64,000 nucleotides of DNA from Lingula anatina (taxonomy: Eukaryota > Animalia > Brachiopoda): the NCBI GenBank assembly GCA_051362555.1, contig CM120647.1:7688001-7752000 (forward strand), in the 5' to 3' direction. Under the pieces are notes generated by a model. That model was not told the origin of the DNA and searched no databases. It saw only the letters and a list, made by a program, of their open reading frames with translations. Of the stretch, positions 26,301 through 36,762 are shown piece by piece (position 1 is the first letter of the stretch; each line of letters starts with the position of its first letter). A program made the position numbers and the translations under genes.

Positions 26301-28424
26301 TTAAATATACATGCACAAACACTTCGAAATATCAAGCAGGAATCTGTTTTGATGATCAAAAAATGTCTGTAATAATGTTTAGAATATTACCTGCATCATA
26401 ATGTGTCTCATTTACATTGGCAGAACTTGATCATTAGCAGTCTGTGTTAAGCATTGTTAAGGTGTATAATGGCACTGATATATTCAAAGGGACCTCTCTG
26501 ACTTTTCAATGTTTCGTGCTGGTATTTTTTATGTAACAACAGCTCTTTTCATTCATGTCACTAACATGATCCCTTGATTATAATTTCATGTCTGGAAAGG
26601 TCTATACCTGACTAAGTGAATCAAAAAGCTTACTTATTATTCTGGTCCTTTAGAATACTGTTAGCCTTTGCCAAAAAACTCCTTATGTACTACATTATAT
26701 ATATTCTTTTGGATAACAGATAAATCTCTAGTGTTATGTGACTAAATTATTTGATATTTACACACACCATCTTGCGGATGATGTCATAATTACAATTTTG
26801 GGGTACAAATTGAAAAATTGGTTTTTCAAATGTCTCCATTACCTGAGCACCCACGAACACCATTTTAACGCCAATTTAATGACACCATTTAGTATCCTAA
26901 AACCATGCCATTATTTTATCTTAAAAGTGTTAGTTCAGATTTTATTATTGATAAAATAAAGTGATGCCTTTGTTTAATAAAGATCTGTAAAGAGGGACTC
27001 ATGAATCCATAACAAAAACATTTAAATAAAATTGACAATGTGATTGTAGCCCCTACACTTGTGGTCAGTTATGTCAACTACACTTCACAAGGCCTTTAAA
27101 AGCATTTGTAGTACCTTACAGAAAACTATGTGTTTATATTAAAAAAAAACTTTTACATGCCTGTCACAATAAGAAGTTTAACTATAAGTTTAACTATAAG
27201 TATATTTGAAGTGAAAAAAAAACCTTAACTTTTTGTACTAGGACATGGTAAAATAAACACATTTGATAAAGAATTCAAATCATTTTTTTACAGTGTTTTT
27301 TTTCTTCCCAAAGAAATTGCACTAGTAAAACCTGAGGAGTGAAAAATTCACCTGAGAGCAAAGCCAAAGTTTGCCTCAATGTATTGGAAACATTTGATAT
27401 GCATTAGTAAAATCATCTTTTCTCCAGTTTTTCGGCTCCCCATGAAAACTCTCCTTTGGCCCTTCAATATGGCATGTTTATTCCAATGCTTATGGCCCAG
27501 TGCAGTGAGAAACAGGGAGAAAAATGGCTGCCATTGTGTGAGAATTTGACTGTTATTGGGACCTATGCTCAAACTGAGTTGGGTCATGGTAAGCTGAAAT
27601 TAAGAAAAGCTTCATCTTGCTTTCATTGCACATGTGCGTGATTATTGTCAATCAGGAAAGAATTTGATTGCAAAAAAATTGGCAATTTTTCCATAATTTG
27701 AGATTTCCCCATTGCTTTATTGGATGTAGTCAATGATATTAAATACAAAACAAATTTAAGCTGAGATTTATAAAAAAAATTGTTAATATTTGTGATCACT
27801 GGCTGTTGCTTTAAAGAAATGTTTATTTTAATCCTTGTTGTCCCCAAAGACCAAAGGTATGTCGCACATGTACCACAACAAGTAAGAATATGACTGGGTT
27901 TGTTTAATATGCCTGTCACAAAAATGTGAAAATATTTTTCATATTTAATTTTTTAATGATTAATAAAGGAAATATAATTAAAAAATGAAAATGTAATAAA
28001 TAAACTGCTTGCAATGCTTTACATTATATTATCTGCTTACGCAGTGGTTCCTCTGTCACAGGTGCTTTTTCACATAAATTTTGTACTCCAGGATCAGTAT
28101 AATATGAAAAACACAAACACAAATTTGAAAATTATTTAAATTTATTTTCCATGAAGCTTTGTATGCAAAAGCAAGTTCCGTTTGCCTATGCTCTCTCCAT
28201 TTATGGAGTCTGAAATGCTGCATAGCATCCATTCTTTCACTGATCACATGCCTCATATCAAAACTGTCAATATTAGTAAATTTTATTTAAATGCTTGCAA
28301 AAATAACTGAAAGACTTTGACTTTTTTTGGCAGTTTCCAGTGGAAAAAATGTTTCACAGAGATGTAGCCTTGCATTAAACTGACAGCTTGGCTTATCTGT
28401 GACTGCTTCTGCTTTTTTTTTCTT

Positions 28425-28492
<68 letters not shown>

Positions 28493-31162
28493 TTTGGTAT
28501 ATTGTTTTTTCTTGTTATGGTCATTTTTGGTAGCATTTTGAGGGATGCTTAATTTTTTTGGGGGGGGGGTGGGAAAGGGGGTTGATAGCTTCTACAGTCC
28601 AATTTTAGAAAAAAATATTAAGTTGTCATTTTTGGGGTTGTGTCTATTTTATTTTTCTTAATGGCTTTGAATTATTAAGACCGGTCAGTTTTACCTTACC
28701 AGTGCATAAGATTTTGATTAATATATCAGTAACATTGCTTTATGGTGTGGGAAATAAGCAAAAGTTTTAAGTAGCAGTTATTGAAACCAAAATATAATGT
28801 TTATTCAGAAAAACAAAACATAATGTTATTTAAGAATATTTGAATTCACATATATAATGGTAATGTTTGTCAATGTTTTATAGAATGGGATAAGTTTCAA
28901 GTGTGGACAATTTTAATGAAAAGATAATGTAATAATAAAGTAAAAACAAAAATGCTTTTGTAATGATATGTTATCTCTTTTCATTAATTAATTAATGAAA
29001 TGGTTTTTAATTGAAAAATTAATTAATTTGCTGTTACTTTAATGTGAAATCCTGACCACTTCCAGGTACATTTGTGAGGGGTCTGGAAACTACTGCCACC
29101 TATGATCCCCAAACCGAGCAGTTTATTATCAATAGCCCTACTCTGACTTCTACCAAATGGTGGCCTGGAAATTGTAAGATTTGTTATTTTAATGAATATT
29201 TATTTATTTATTTAGTTATTGCCAAGAATTATTGTAAGGCAGCTTTAAACTAGATGATTTTGAGTGCCTTTTTGAAAAATACAGCCCTGGATTTTTATTT
29301 CAAGTAGCCAAATCACTACTTTTTCATCTTTTTTTCAACAAATTGATAAAAACAAGTCACATCAACCTTGTTTTGTCAAGCCAGTTTAAGTCAGTTTAAG
29401 CATTTGACTAAATCGGTGAGTGTTAGCACTTACCTAGAATTTAATAACTAACTTCTTCGGTCTTTTCTTTTTTCATTTTAAATTTATTTATGTTAATTCA
29501 TTTTAATTATTATTTTGATTATTTATTTATTAAGTGGGAAAAACCACCAACCATGCCGTAGTCTTGGCCCAACTGTATACGGGTGGCAAGTGTCATGGTA
29601 TTCATGCCTTCATTGTCCAACACAGAGACATGGAAACCCACCAGCCATTGCCAGGTAATGTGAGCTATTATACTTAAATGTCATGGTATCCATGCCTTCA
29701 TTGTCTAACACAGGGACATGGAAACCCACCGGCCATTGCCAGGTACAGTGCGATATTACAAGTAAATGTCATGGTATCCATGCCTTCATTGTCTAACATA
29801 GGGACATGGAAACCCACAAGCCATTGCCAGGTACTATGTGATATTATACATAAATGTCATGGTATCCATGCCTTCATTGTCCAACACACACAGTGATATG
29901 GAAACCCACCAGCCATTGCCAGGTACTATGTGATATTATATATAAACGTCATGGTATCTATGCCTTCATTGTCCAACATAAGGACATGGAAGCCCAACAG
30001 CCATTGCCAATTACTGTATGGCATTATGTAAACCAAAATGCTGGCATGGGATTGAAGCTAATAAACTTGTGGTCAACTATACCAGTTTTCATGTTCAGGA
30101 TAATATTTCATCCTCAGGTAATATACCAAAAAATAAAATGATCATGATTATCATATCAGGGATAGAGGAGAGAGATATCAGCTCCAAGTTTAACATCTAT
30201 CCCAAGTTTGGCTGTTATTATTATTGTTGTTGTTGCTGTTGTTGTTGTTATTATTATTATTATGTTTTACATTTCAGGCGTTGAGGTGGGAGATATTGGT
30301 CCTAAGTTTGGCTATGAGGCAGTGGACAACGGTTTCTTACGTTATCACAATGTCCGCATACCTCGGGACAACATGCTGATGAGATATTCTGAGGTAACGT
30401 ATGTCAATCATATATACGTACTTATGGCAGTAATATTTATTCAAAGGGAAAGTGCATTAAGGCATACTACTTGTTGATTAAATTTATTTAATTAATAATA
30501 GTTTTAATGAAAGATGGTTAGTTAATTAAGTTTTTATATTATAATCTTAGTTTGGCAGTTCAGTTCAATATTAAAATTTGAGTATTAAAATAGATAATAA
30601 TGTTTTGAGGTTGGTTTTAATGAAATAAATTTAAAAGTGAGTCTTACCGGATTTGTTATTTTTCCCTTAAGGTAACCAAAGATGGTCGCTACATAAGAAA
30701 GGCCAATGAGAAGCTGACTTATGGCACCATGGTTTTTGTACGATCTGCAATTGTAAGTACTGCAGCAAAGAACCTGGGGGAGGCCTGCACGATTGCTATA
30801 AGATACAGTGCAGTGCGGAGACAGTCGGAGATGAAGCCCGGGTAAGGCTGTGATGCATTCTGGGATGGAAAAATTGAAGATGGCTGGTCATTAGGACCTG
30901 TGGGCCTCAGAGTACGACTAATTTGAAATCAAAACTTATTGAACAGTCAAAAAGTCAAGTCTGTGTATTGATGATGTTAATTGAATTTTAGTTTTTTTTT
31001 TATGAAATTCATTCAGTTTTCAGGTTCAGTGACAATTGGCATGGGTCTTTCAACTTTGGATTATCACTGATGGTCCATTATATGTTAGATATTAAATAAT
31101 TTACATGGGGCATTACTATTTTTACTCAGTGAACCTGAATTTCATTGGCAGAATAAACATAA

Positions 31163-31201
<39 letters not shown>

Positions 31202-34200
31202 TTTATTATTTTTGAATTAAGAGAACCAGGTATTGGACTACCAAACTATTATAATTATTTTTATTATTATTATTATTTTTATTATTTTTGAATTCAGAGA
31301 ACCAGAGCCACAGGTATTGGACTACCAAACCCAGCAACACAAGTTATTTCCCTTGCTGGCCACCAGCTATGCCTACTGGTTTGCTGGTCGTTCCATGAGG
31401 GAGACCTACCTGGATATTCAGGGCCAGATCATGGCTGGGGATTTTAAGAGGTTACCAGAGGTATGTGAGACTGGGTTCCCATACCCAGATAGATCCATCT
31501 GAATCGGTCTAACTCCCTGCGGAGTCTCACTAAATTGCCATCAACTAAACTGGCTTAAATGTCTGTCACGCCTACCGAATCAGCTATGGTAAAGATAGTT
31601 ACCCCCTAACAGCTTTACTTGGCGTGACAGACATTTAAGCCGGTTATGTTGATAGCAATTAAGTGAGACTCCCCAGAGAGATAGATCGATCCAAATATCT
31701 GTGGGAATGGTCCCTTAACCATTTGACATGCTCCAGTGATTTAGTGTGTAATCAGTGACATGGTTATTCTCAGTTGTATTCAAACCAAAGTGTTATATTT
31801 ATTATAGTGTTTGAAATTCATGCTTCCTGTGTGCCATCTTTATTGCCACCCCTTAATAAAAATAATTAAACAAATAAAAGAAAGAAGGGGAGAGTAAAGG
31901 ATTGTGTATTTAACTGCTGCATGGTTCATATTTGTGAAACATGTTTTTCATTATCTCTTGTACAAATGATAGAAAAAAAATTCCGAAGTTTCTAAAGGGA
32001 TGAAATGAAGGGTAAAAACATCCTGCCTCATCGATGAAAAATGCATTAAAAAAAAAAAATTTTTCTTTTTTTTACTGTCTTTCACATTAATCCTTCAAGT
32101 AGTCAATTTTTTACATATTATCTGTATTAGTCTGGTATTTATTTTTCTTTACAGCTTCATGCTCTGTCAGCAGGACTGAAGGCTATGAGCACCTGGGCAA
32201 CAAATGAAGGTATCGAGACCTGTCGACTGTCGTGCGGTGGCCATGGCTATTCGCATGCCAGTGGACTGCCCAAGATCTATGTGGATGCAACGCCAGCGTG
32301 TACCTACGAGGGAGAGAATACGGTGATGATGCTACAGACAGCAAGGTAATAGGCAGTGGCAGATTGAGGGCGTCTTCAGATTTTCAAATTTACATTGATG
32401 GGTAACTGATGCTTCTGTCGGAAGATGGTCATAAATAGAGGATGGATCAACAAAAATAATTCAAAGGACGGTCAGAAAATATCTCTGGGTCTGTCTCTGA
32501 TAGAAATACTATACAACACCATAAAGAAATATAGCACACTCAGACTGTTAATTTTACAATTTATTGTGACGGGTTAAAACTTTCCCCAGAGAGCCATCCA
32601 GCCATCCTTTGGATAGCCATTAGCATCAATAGAAAGCCTTAATTTTGAAAGACAGCTGCTCAGCATACAAACTTTTTTGGGATGAAATCCCTGTTAATTG
32701 ATGACCAAATTACAGATTAATATTTTGCACTTTGTGTACCCCTGTTTCAGGTATAAATTTGGTGATTTGTAAAAACAGTGTATAATCAGCAATGTAAGAA
32801 TAAAAACAATTGAGTATATTTCTTTTAACTCTTTAATGAAGGCCTGCAGACATACTGGGCAGGGAAAGGACCTGTAATTAGCTCTGACTGTTAAATTATT
32901 ACTATATTATATCAAATTTTAAATTGAACTGTTTTGAATGTATTGCTTCAGATATTTAATGAAAGCGTGTGGACAAGCAGCCCAGGGGAATGAGTTGCCA
33001 GGTTTTGTGGCTTACCTTAATCAGAAAGGAGTGGACAGGTGCATGATTGGGGATGACCTCAGTTTGAACAGTCTGGTCTCTGCATATCAACACAGGGCTA
33101 GAAGGTATGATATGTTTTAGGTGTCCTGTCTGGGATTTTCAGGCCAAAACAGTCACTTTCCCTTGGATAAAAGCAATTTTCTAACCTGTTTTTGCTCAAC
33201 TTATCCCTTCAGTACACTCAGTTTCCCTTTTTTTATTTGTATAAATTCTTAATGCCTTGCCAGATATTTGGACTGCTATTATATCTACCAGTGCAATCAA
33301 TTGAGGAGGAAATTACCAAGCCAGGTATTTCGATTTGAAGGGTTTTAAGTTTTAAGGGTCTGTTATATATCATCCTTGATTACTCTTTGTTCAACTCCTT
33401 CAACCTGTACTGTAAATTGCAACTTATCTACTCATTGCCTATCTACATCATTGAACTTCCTGTTTTACATCTGTATATTTGCCAGTGTTGCTGTCTAAAT
33501 TCCTATTTGTGTTCAGGTTAATTGGTAAAGCTGCCCTGCAAATGAAGGCCCACATGGAAAGAGGCCAGCCCCAGGAGGTGGCCTGGAACTTGACCTCTGT
33601 CCAGTTAGTCCACTGTGCCAAGGTAAGGAATTGAAACGACCTGTCCATCTAGTTAAAATAGGCTTCTGTCCTCTGCAATCAATTTTTTCAAGGCCTATGT
33701 ATGCCTCCTGTAATTGGTGACCTATTGTAGTGTTGACCTTTTCCCCTAGGCTATTGCCTACTGTAATTGATGACCTAATTTTGTGTTGACCTATCTTTCC
33801 AGGCCCATGCGCATTGTAACTGGTACCCTTCTTTTGTGTTGACAAATTTTCCATTCCCAAGTCCATTGTAGCTGGTAAACAAAATTGGGTTTATCTTTTT
33901 TTCCTAAGCCCAATTGGGTTTATCTTTTTTTCCTAAGCCCATGACCACTTTTATCTGTGACCTTATTTTATGTTGACCTATTTTTCCAGGCCAATAGTCA
34001 GTAAAATAGGTGACCTTATTTTATGTTGACCTATTTTTCCAGGCCCATGTCCAGTGCTATGTGTTGAAGAACTTTGTAGATTCCATTGAACAATATGGCC
34101 ACCATGAGGATGTTGCCAAGGTGCTGACTCAGCTGTGTCAGCTGTTTGCTGTGGATGGTATCTTGAATAATGCTGGAGACTATTTACAGGTAGGAATGCT

Positions 34201-34468
34201 GTGGAAAACATGACATTGTATCTGGCTGTTAAGTGGTTGTGAGTTTGTGTGAGAGAGAGAGAGAGTTGGTGTGTGTGTGAGATAGAGAGAGAGAGAGAGA
34301 GAAAGAAAGAAAGAGAGAGGGAGAGAGAAAAGAGAGAGAGAGAGTGTGTGTGTGAAAGAGAGAGGAAGAAGATAGGGGAGAGAGTGTTCGTGTAGAAGAG
34401 AGAGAGGAGATGGAATGGGAGATGAGAGAGAAAGTGTGTTAGAGAAACAAATGGAGTGTGTGACAACC

Positions 34469-34520
<52 letters not shown>

Positions 34521-35362
34521 GTTTAGTGTGTATGTGTGTGTAAACAGATAGTGGGGATGTAGATGAGAGATACATAGAAGAGAAAGACGAGAAAGCATGT
34601 TTATGTGTAGAATGTAAGAGAGAGTATAACTCTTTGATAACAATAAGATCAAAATCTTTTGGGTAAAGCTTTGAACATCTTTTGAACATTTACAAAGTAA
34701 AATATCAGCACTGCATGACCTCAGTCTATTTCATTCATAGGGTGGCTTCATGTCATATGACCAACTGGACAATATGACCGCCAAATTGCTGGACCTTTTG
34801 GCCGCCATCAGGCCAAACGCCGTGGCTCTGGTAGATGCGTTTGACTTCAGCGATCACCTCCTTCAGAGTGTGCTGGGACGCTATGATGGAAACGTCTATG
34901 AAAATATGCTAGAATGGGCCAAGTCTTCCCCACTGAATGACACACAGGTATGTTGATATAACGCCAGCCCTAAGTTTCAGAGGTCACGTAGAAAAATCTC
35001 TATACTCAGTTTGCCTGTTCCATAGATCGAGAGTCTTCCAGATTTGGGCATTGTATTTGATTTCAGTATGGGTTTTTGTACTTAGCACTCCCCCTCACAC
35101 ACACAAAAAAAAAGAGCTGCAAACTTTTGTCACTTAATTTTTCTGATTTTAATTATCAATTTATTATGTGTGTATTTCATTTTGAATATAATCATTTAGT
35201 TCCTTTGTTACTTCTTCCTGTTCATGCATTATTTATATGATGTTTTATGTACGTATATTATTTGTCCACTAGTCACTTTTAATTATTTTTTTTCAGGTTC
35301 ATGATTCATACTACCAGTACATGCAGCCATTCCTGAAGGAAATGCACAAGTCAAAGTTGTAA
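17393..35362 (+). CDS. ACOX1: Peroxisomal acyl-CoA oxidase 1. Exons: 17393-17519, 19610-19769, [one alternative exon 3], 29066-29173, 29535-29654, 30278-30393, 30672-30841, 31298-31460, 32155-32345, 32952-33104, 33517-33622, 34043-34189, 34741-34947, 35297-35362
   Basis: [90 protein letters not shown] (catalytic Glu), [24 protein letters not shown]; C-terminal PTS1 SKL-stop. 14-exon layout with consistent phases. Confidence 0.97.
20626..20786 (+). CDS. ACOX1: ACOX1 alternative exon 3a (161 nt, intact)
   Basis: tccag|G...GGACATG|gtat; encodes (S)[53 protein letters not shown](G); phase 2 in, phase 1 out, fitting exons 2 and 4. Confidence 0.88.
21225..21253 (+). promoter_or_regulatory. Putative splicing selector sequence for exon 3a (pairs with 28227-28253)
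   Basis: GGGTATGTGATCAG-AGAGTCT-GAATGGAT can form 14 contiguous bp (2 G-U) with CTGATCACATGCCT (28240-28253) and 8 Watson-Crick bp with ATCCATTC (28227-28234). Confidence 0.65.
21343..21688. mobile_element. MITE family B (~345 bp, TTAA-flanked, Kolobok-like); other copies at 40980-41290 (partial), 42614-42962, 47470-47813, 58440-58700
   Basis: TIR TTAAAG(G/T)GATAATAACTCTTC / GAAGAGTTATTATCCCTTTAA and near-identical internal sequence (ATCTCTTAAGAGATTTT, CAGGGACTAACTTTGAATG). Confidence 0.85.
21712..23463 (+). mobile_element. Non-autonomous Helentron/DINE-1-like element (HINE) with ~145-bp central tandem repeats
   Basis: 5' subTIR GTACCACCAGC in a hairpin, CCGGCTCCG microsatellite, repeats ATCTCCAAAACTGGCAGAGATAGG at ~22533, 22679, 22824, 3' subTIR GCTGGTGGTAC (23414), stem-loop GAGGCG..CGCCTC, CTAGTT end. 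Confidence 0.75.
23611..23976 (+). mobile_element. Short HINE/DINE-like non-autonomous Helentron
   Basis: TTTTTACCTCCGCCATGG start, (TCTG)-like microsatellite, two internal repeats, CCGTGGCGGAGGT subTIR, GCGCTC..GAGTGC hairpin, CTAGTTT end. Confidence 0.75.
24736..24897 (+). pseudogene. ACOX1: ACOX1 exon 3b pseudo-exon (162 nt; in-frame TAA and +1 frameshift)
   Basis: ttcag|C...GGACATG|gtac; reads [27 protein letters not shown] (TAA 24818-24820), then after one extra base [22 protein letters not shown](G). Splice dinucleotides remain. Confidence 0.85.
24935..24957 (+). promoter_or_regulatory. Putative degenerate selector sequence for pseudo-exon 3b
   Basis: TATGTGGCGGTTGATTATGGGAG pairs with 28234-28257 using several G-U pairs, 3 mismatches and a 1-nt bulge. 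Confidence 0.4.
25386..25546 (+). CDS. ACOX1: ACOX1 alternative exon 3c (161 nt, intact)
   Basis: cacag|A...GGGCATG|gtaag; encodes [53 protein letters not shown](G). Confidence 0.92.
25918..25946 (+). promoter_or_regulatory. Putative splicing selector sequence for exon 3c (pairs with 28229-28262)
   Basis: TTTGAAATGAGGCATGTGATTGG pairs with CTGATCACATGCCTCATATCAAA (22 of 23 positions, including an exact 14-nt reverse complement); GAGTGG pairs with CCATTC. Confidence 0.7.
27428..27588 (+). CDS. ACOX1: ACOX1 alternative exon 3d (161 nt, intact)
   Basis: tccag|T...GGTCATG|gtaag; encodes [53 protein letters not shown](G). Confidence 0.9.
28227..28262 (+). promoter_or_regulatory. Putative splicing docking site downstream of the ACOX1 exon-3 cluster
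   Basis: ATCCATTCTTTCACTGATCACATGCCTCATATCAAA is the common complement of three intronic segments, each downstream of a different exon-3 copy. Confidence 0.7.
29588..30030 (+). repeat. Tandem array (~88-92 bp x5) derived from the 3' part of ACOX1 exon 5 plus its donor site
   Basis: Unit AAATGTCATGGTATCCATGCCTTCATTGTC...GAAACCCACCAGCCATTGCCAG|GTA; GT at 29655 (true), 29743, 29831, 29923; lost in the fifth copy. Confidence 0.92.
33690..34042 (+). repeat. Degenerate ~60-bp tandem copies of the ACOX1 exon 12 acceptor region
   Basis: Recurrent GTTGACCTAT(C/T)TTTCCAGGCC(C/A) matching the true acceptor at 34025-34048. Confidence 0.75.
34240..34600. repeat. (AG)n/(TG)n compound microsatellite
   Basis: Directly visible. 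Confidence 0.95.
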
Positions 35363-36762
35363 GGTTTCTCAGAAAATCCCCCCGTCCTTCCATACATTCC
35401 AAGTGGGACTTCCAAGTTGGGGATTAATCCTCAGAGACTTTCTAAGTCACCATTAACAATAAACTAGGTTTAGCCCTTTTCCATTCATTTTGGTGCTTTC
35501 CTCAGTGCTTTAGAAGAAGCGCATTACTGTCACAATGAAGAACTTTATTTTTTTTGCTGAGAAAGATGGAGGAGGAAATGAGGCTTAAACAAAAATATTA
35601 TGATTACTTTAAAAAAAAATGGAATGCTAGTGCAGGTTTTTATTTATCCCGGGATTTTTCTAATGTGAGATCATTTTTAGTCAGCTTTTTTTTAAAGAAC
35701 TAATGGTTGGATGGGTTGTGAACAATATGGTAAAATTCGTCTGATTTAAGACATGAATTTAAAAGTAAATACACTCACATATAGCTAATTTCAATTTCAA
35801 GAAATGTAATAACTTCTTATTGTTTATGTCCCCATACATGTCATAATTATAAAATTCATGGTGCTTGCGAACTACTTCTGATAGTGATTTTTTCTTTCAG
35901 ATTTGATTCTTTTTACATTGGAGGAGTCACTTTTTAAATGTCACTACAAGATAATGAAATAAAGTAACTATGCAATTGTGTTATAAACAGCAATTCCACT
36001 CAGTGGTCTTAATAAGTCAAGGTTGATCATGTCATCAAGGAGTATATTTCATATGAAATTGTGTACAGTCATCGATAATTGGCATCATGTTATGAAACTT
36101 ACACATTATCATTTTAGTTGTTATGTATATAAGAAGAAATTATAGTTCTGTGGTCTTTTTATTGAATTCCTTTTCACATAAAATCTAAACAAGGTTACTC
36201 TTCCTCGAGTGCAACACCTAAGCAAACAAAGCTAGGACTTCAGACTTTATGAAAGACTCCTGGTCAACTGCATTGTTATCCACCTAGCAAGGTCACTTTG
36301 CCCAAGCAAGTCAAAACTACGGATTTGAGATTCTTTGTGAAATGGGACCACGTCCTTATCAGGTGAAATGGTTGTGTCAGTTTTAAGTTGTATTGCCTCA
36401 CAATTTACATGATAATAATAGAATTTATATATATTCTTGATTCAGGGAGGATTTTTTTTTTTTTTTTTTTTTTTTTTTGGCTTAATTGCAAACACCTCGT
36501 TTTTGACCAAAAACAAATCAATACATCTTATTGGTTTTAGTAAATTTATGAATTAATTGATAGAGATGAAAGTAGTCCACATTTATCCAGAAATCCAGGT
36601 ATTTGGGTGTTGTATTATTGCCACCCATACCCACCACAAGCTGTGCACCATGGGCGCTTGCCATTTCTGGATGTTTTTAAAGGTCCACTTCCTCTGTGAA
36701 TTGTTATTGAAATAAGAACTTTTCAACTGATAAAATGTGGAACAAGAAATGTATATATTTAA

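Noticed and set aside
29678-30141. ORFs MSWYPCLHC...
   Set aside because: Off-frame readings of the exon-5-derived tandem array.
33978-34689. 224-aa and 169-aa minus-strand ORFs
   Set aside because: Translations of the (AG)n/(TG)n microsatellite, antisense to ACOX1.
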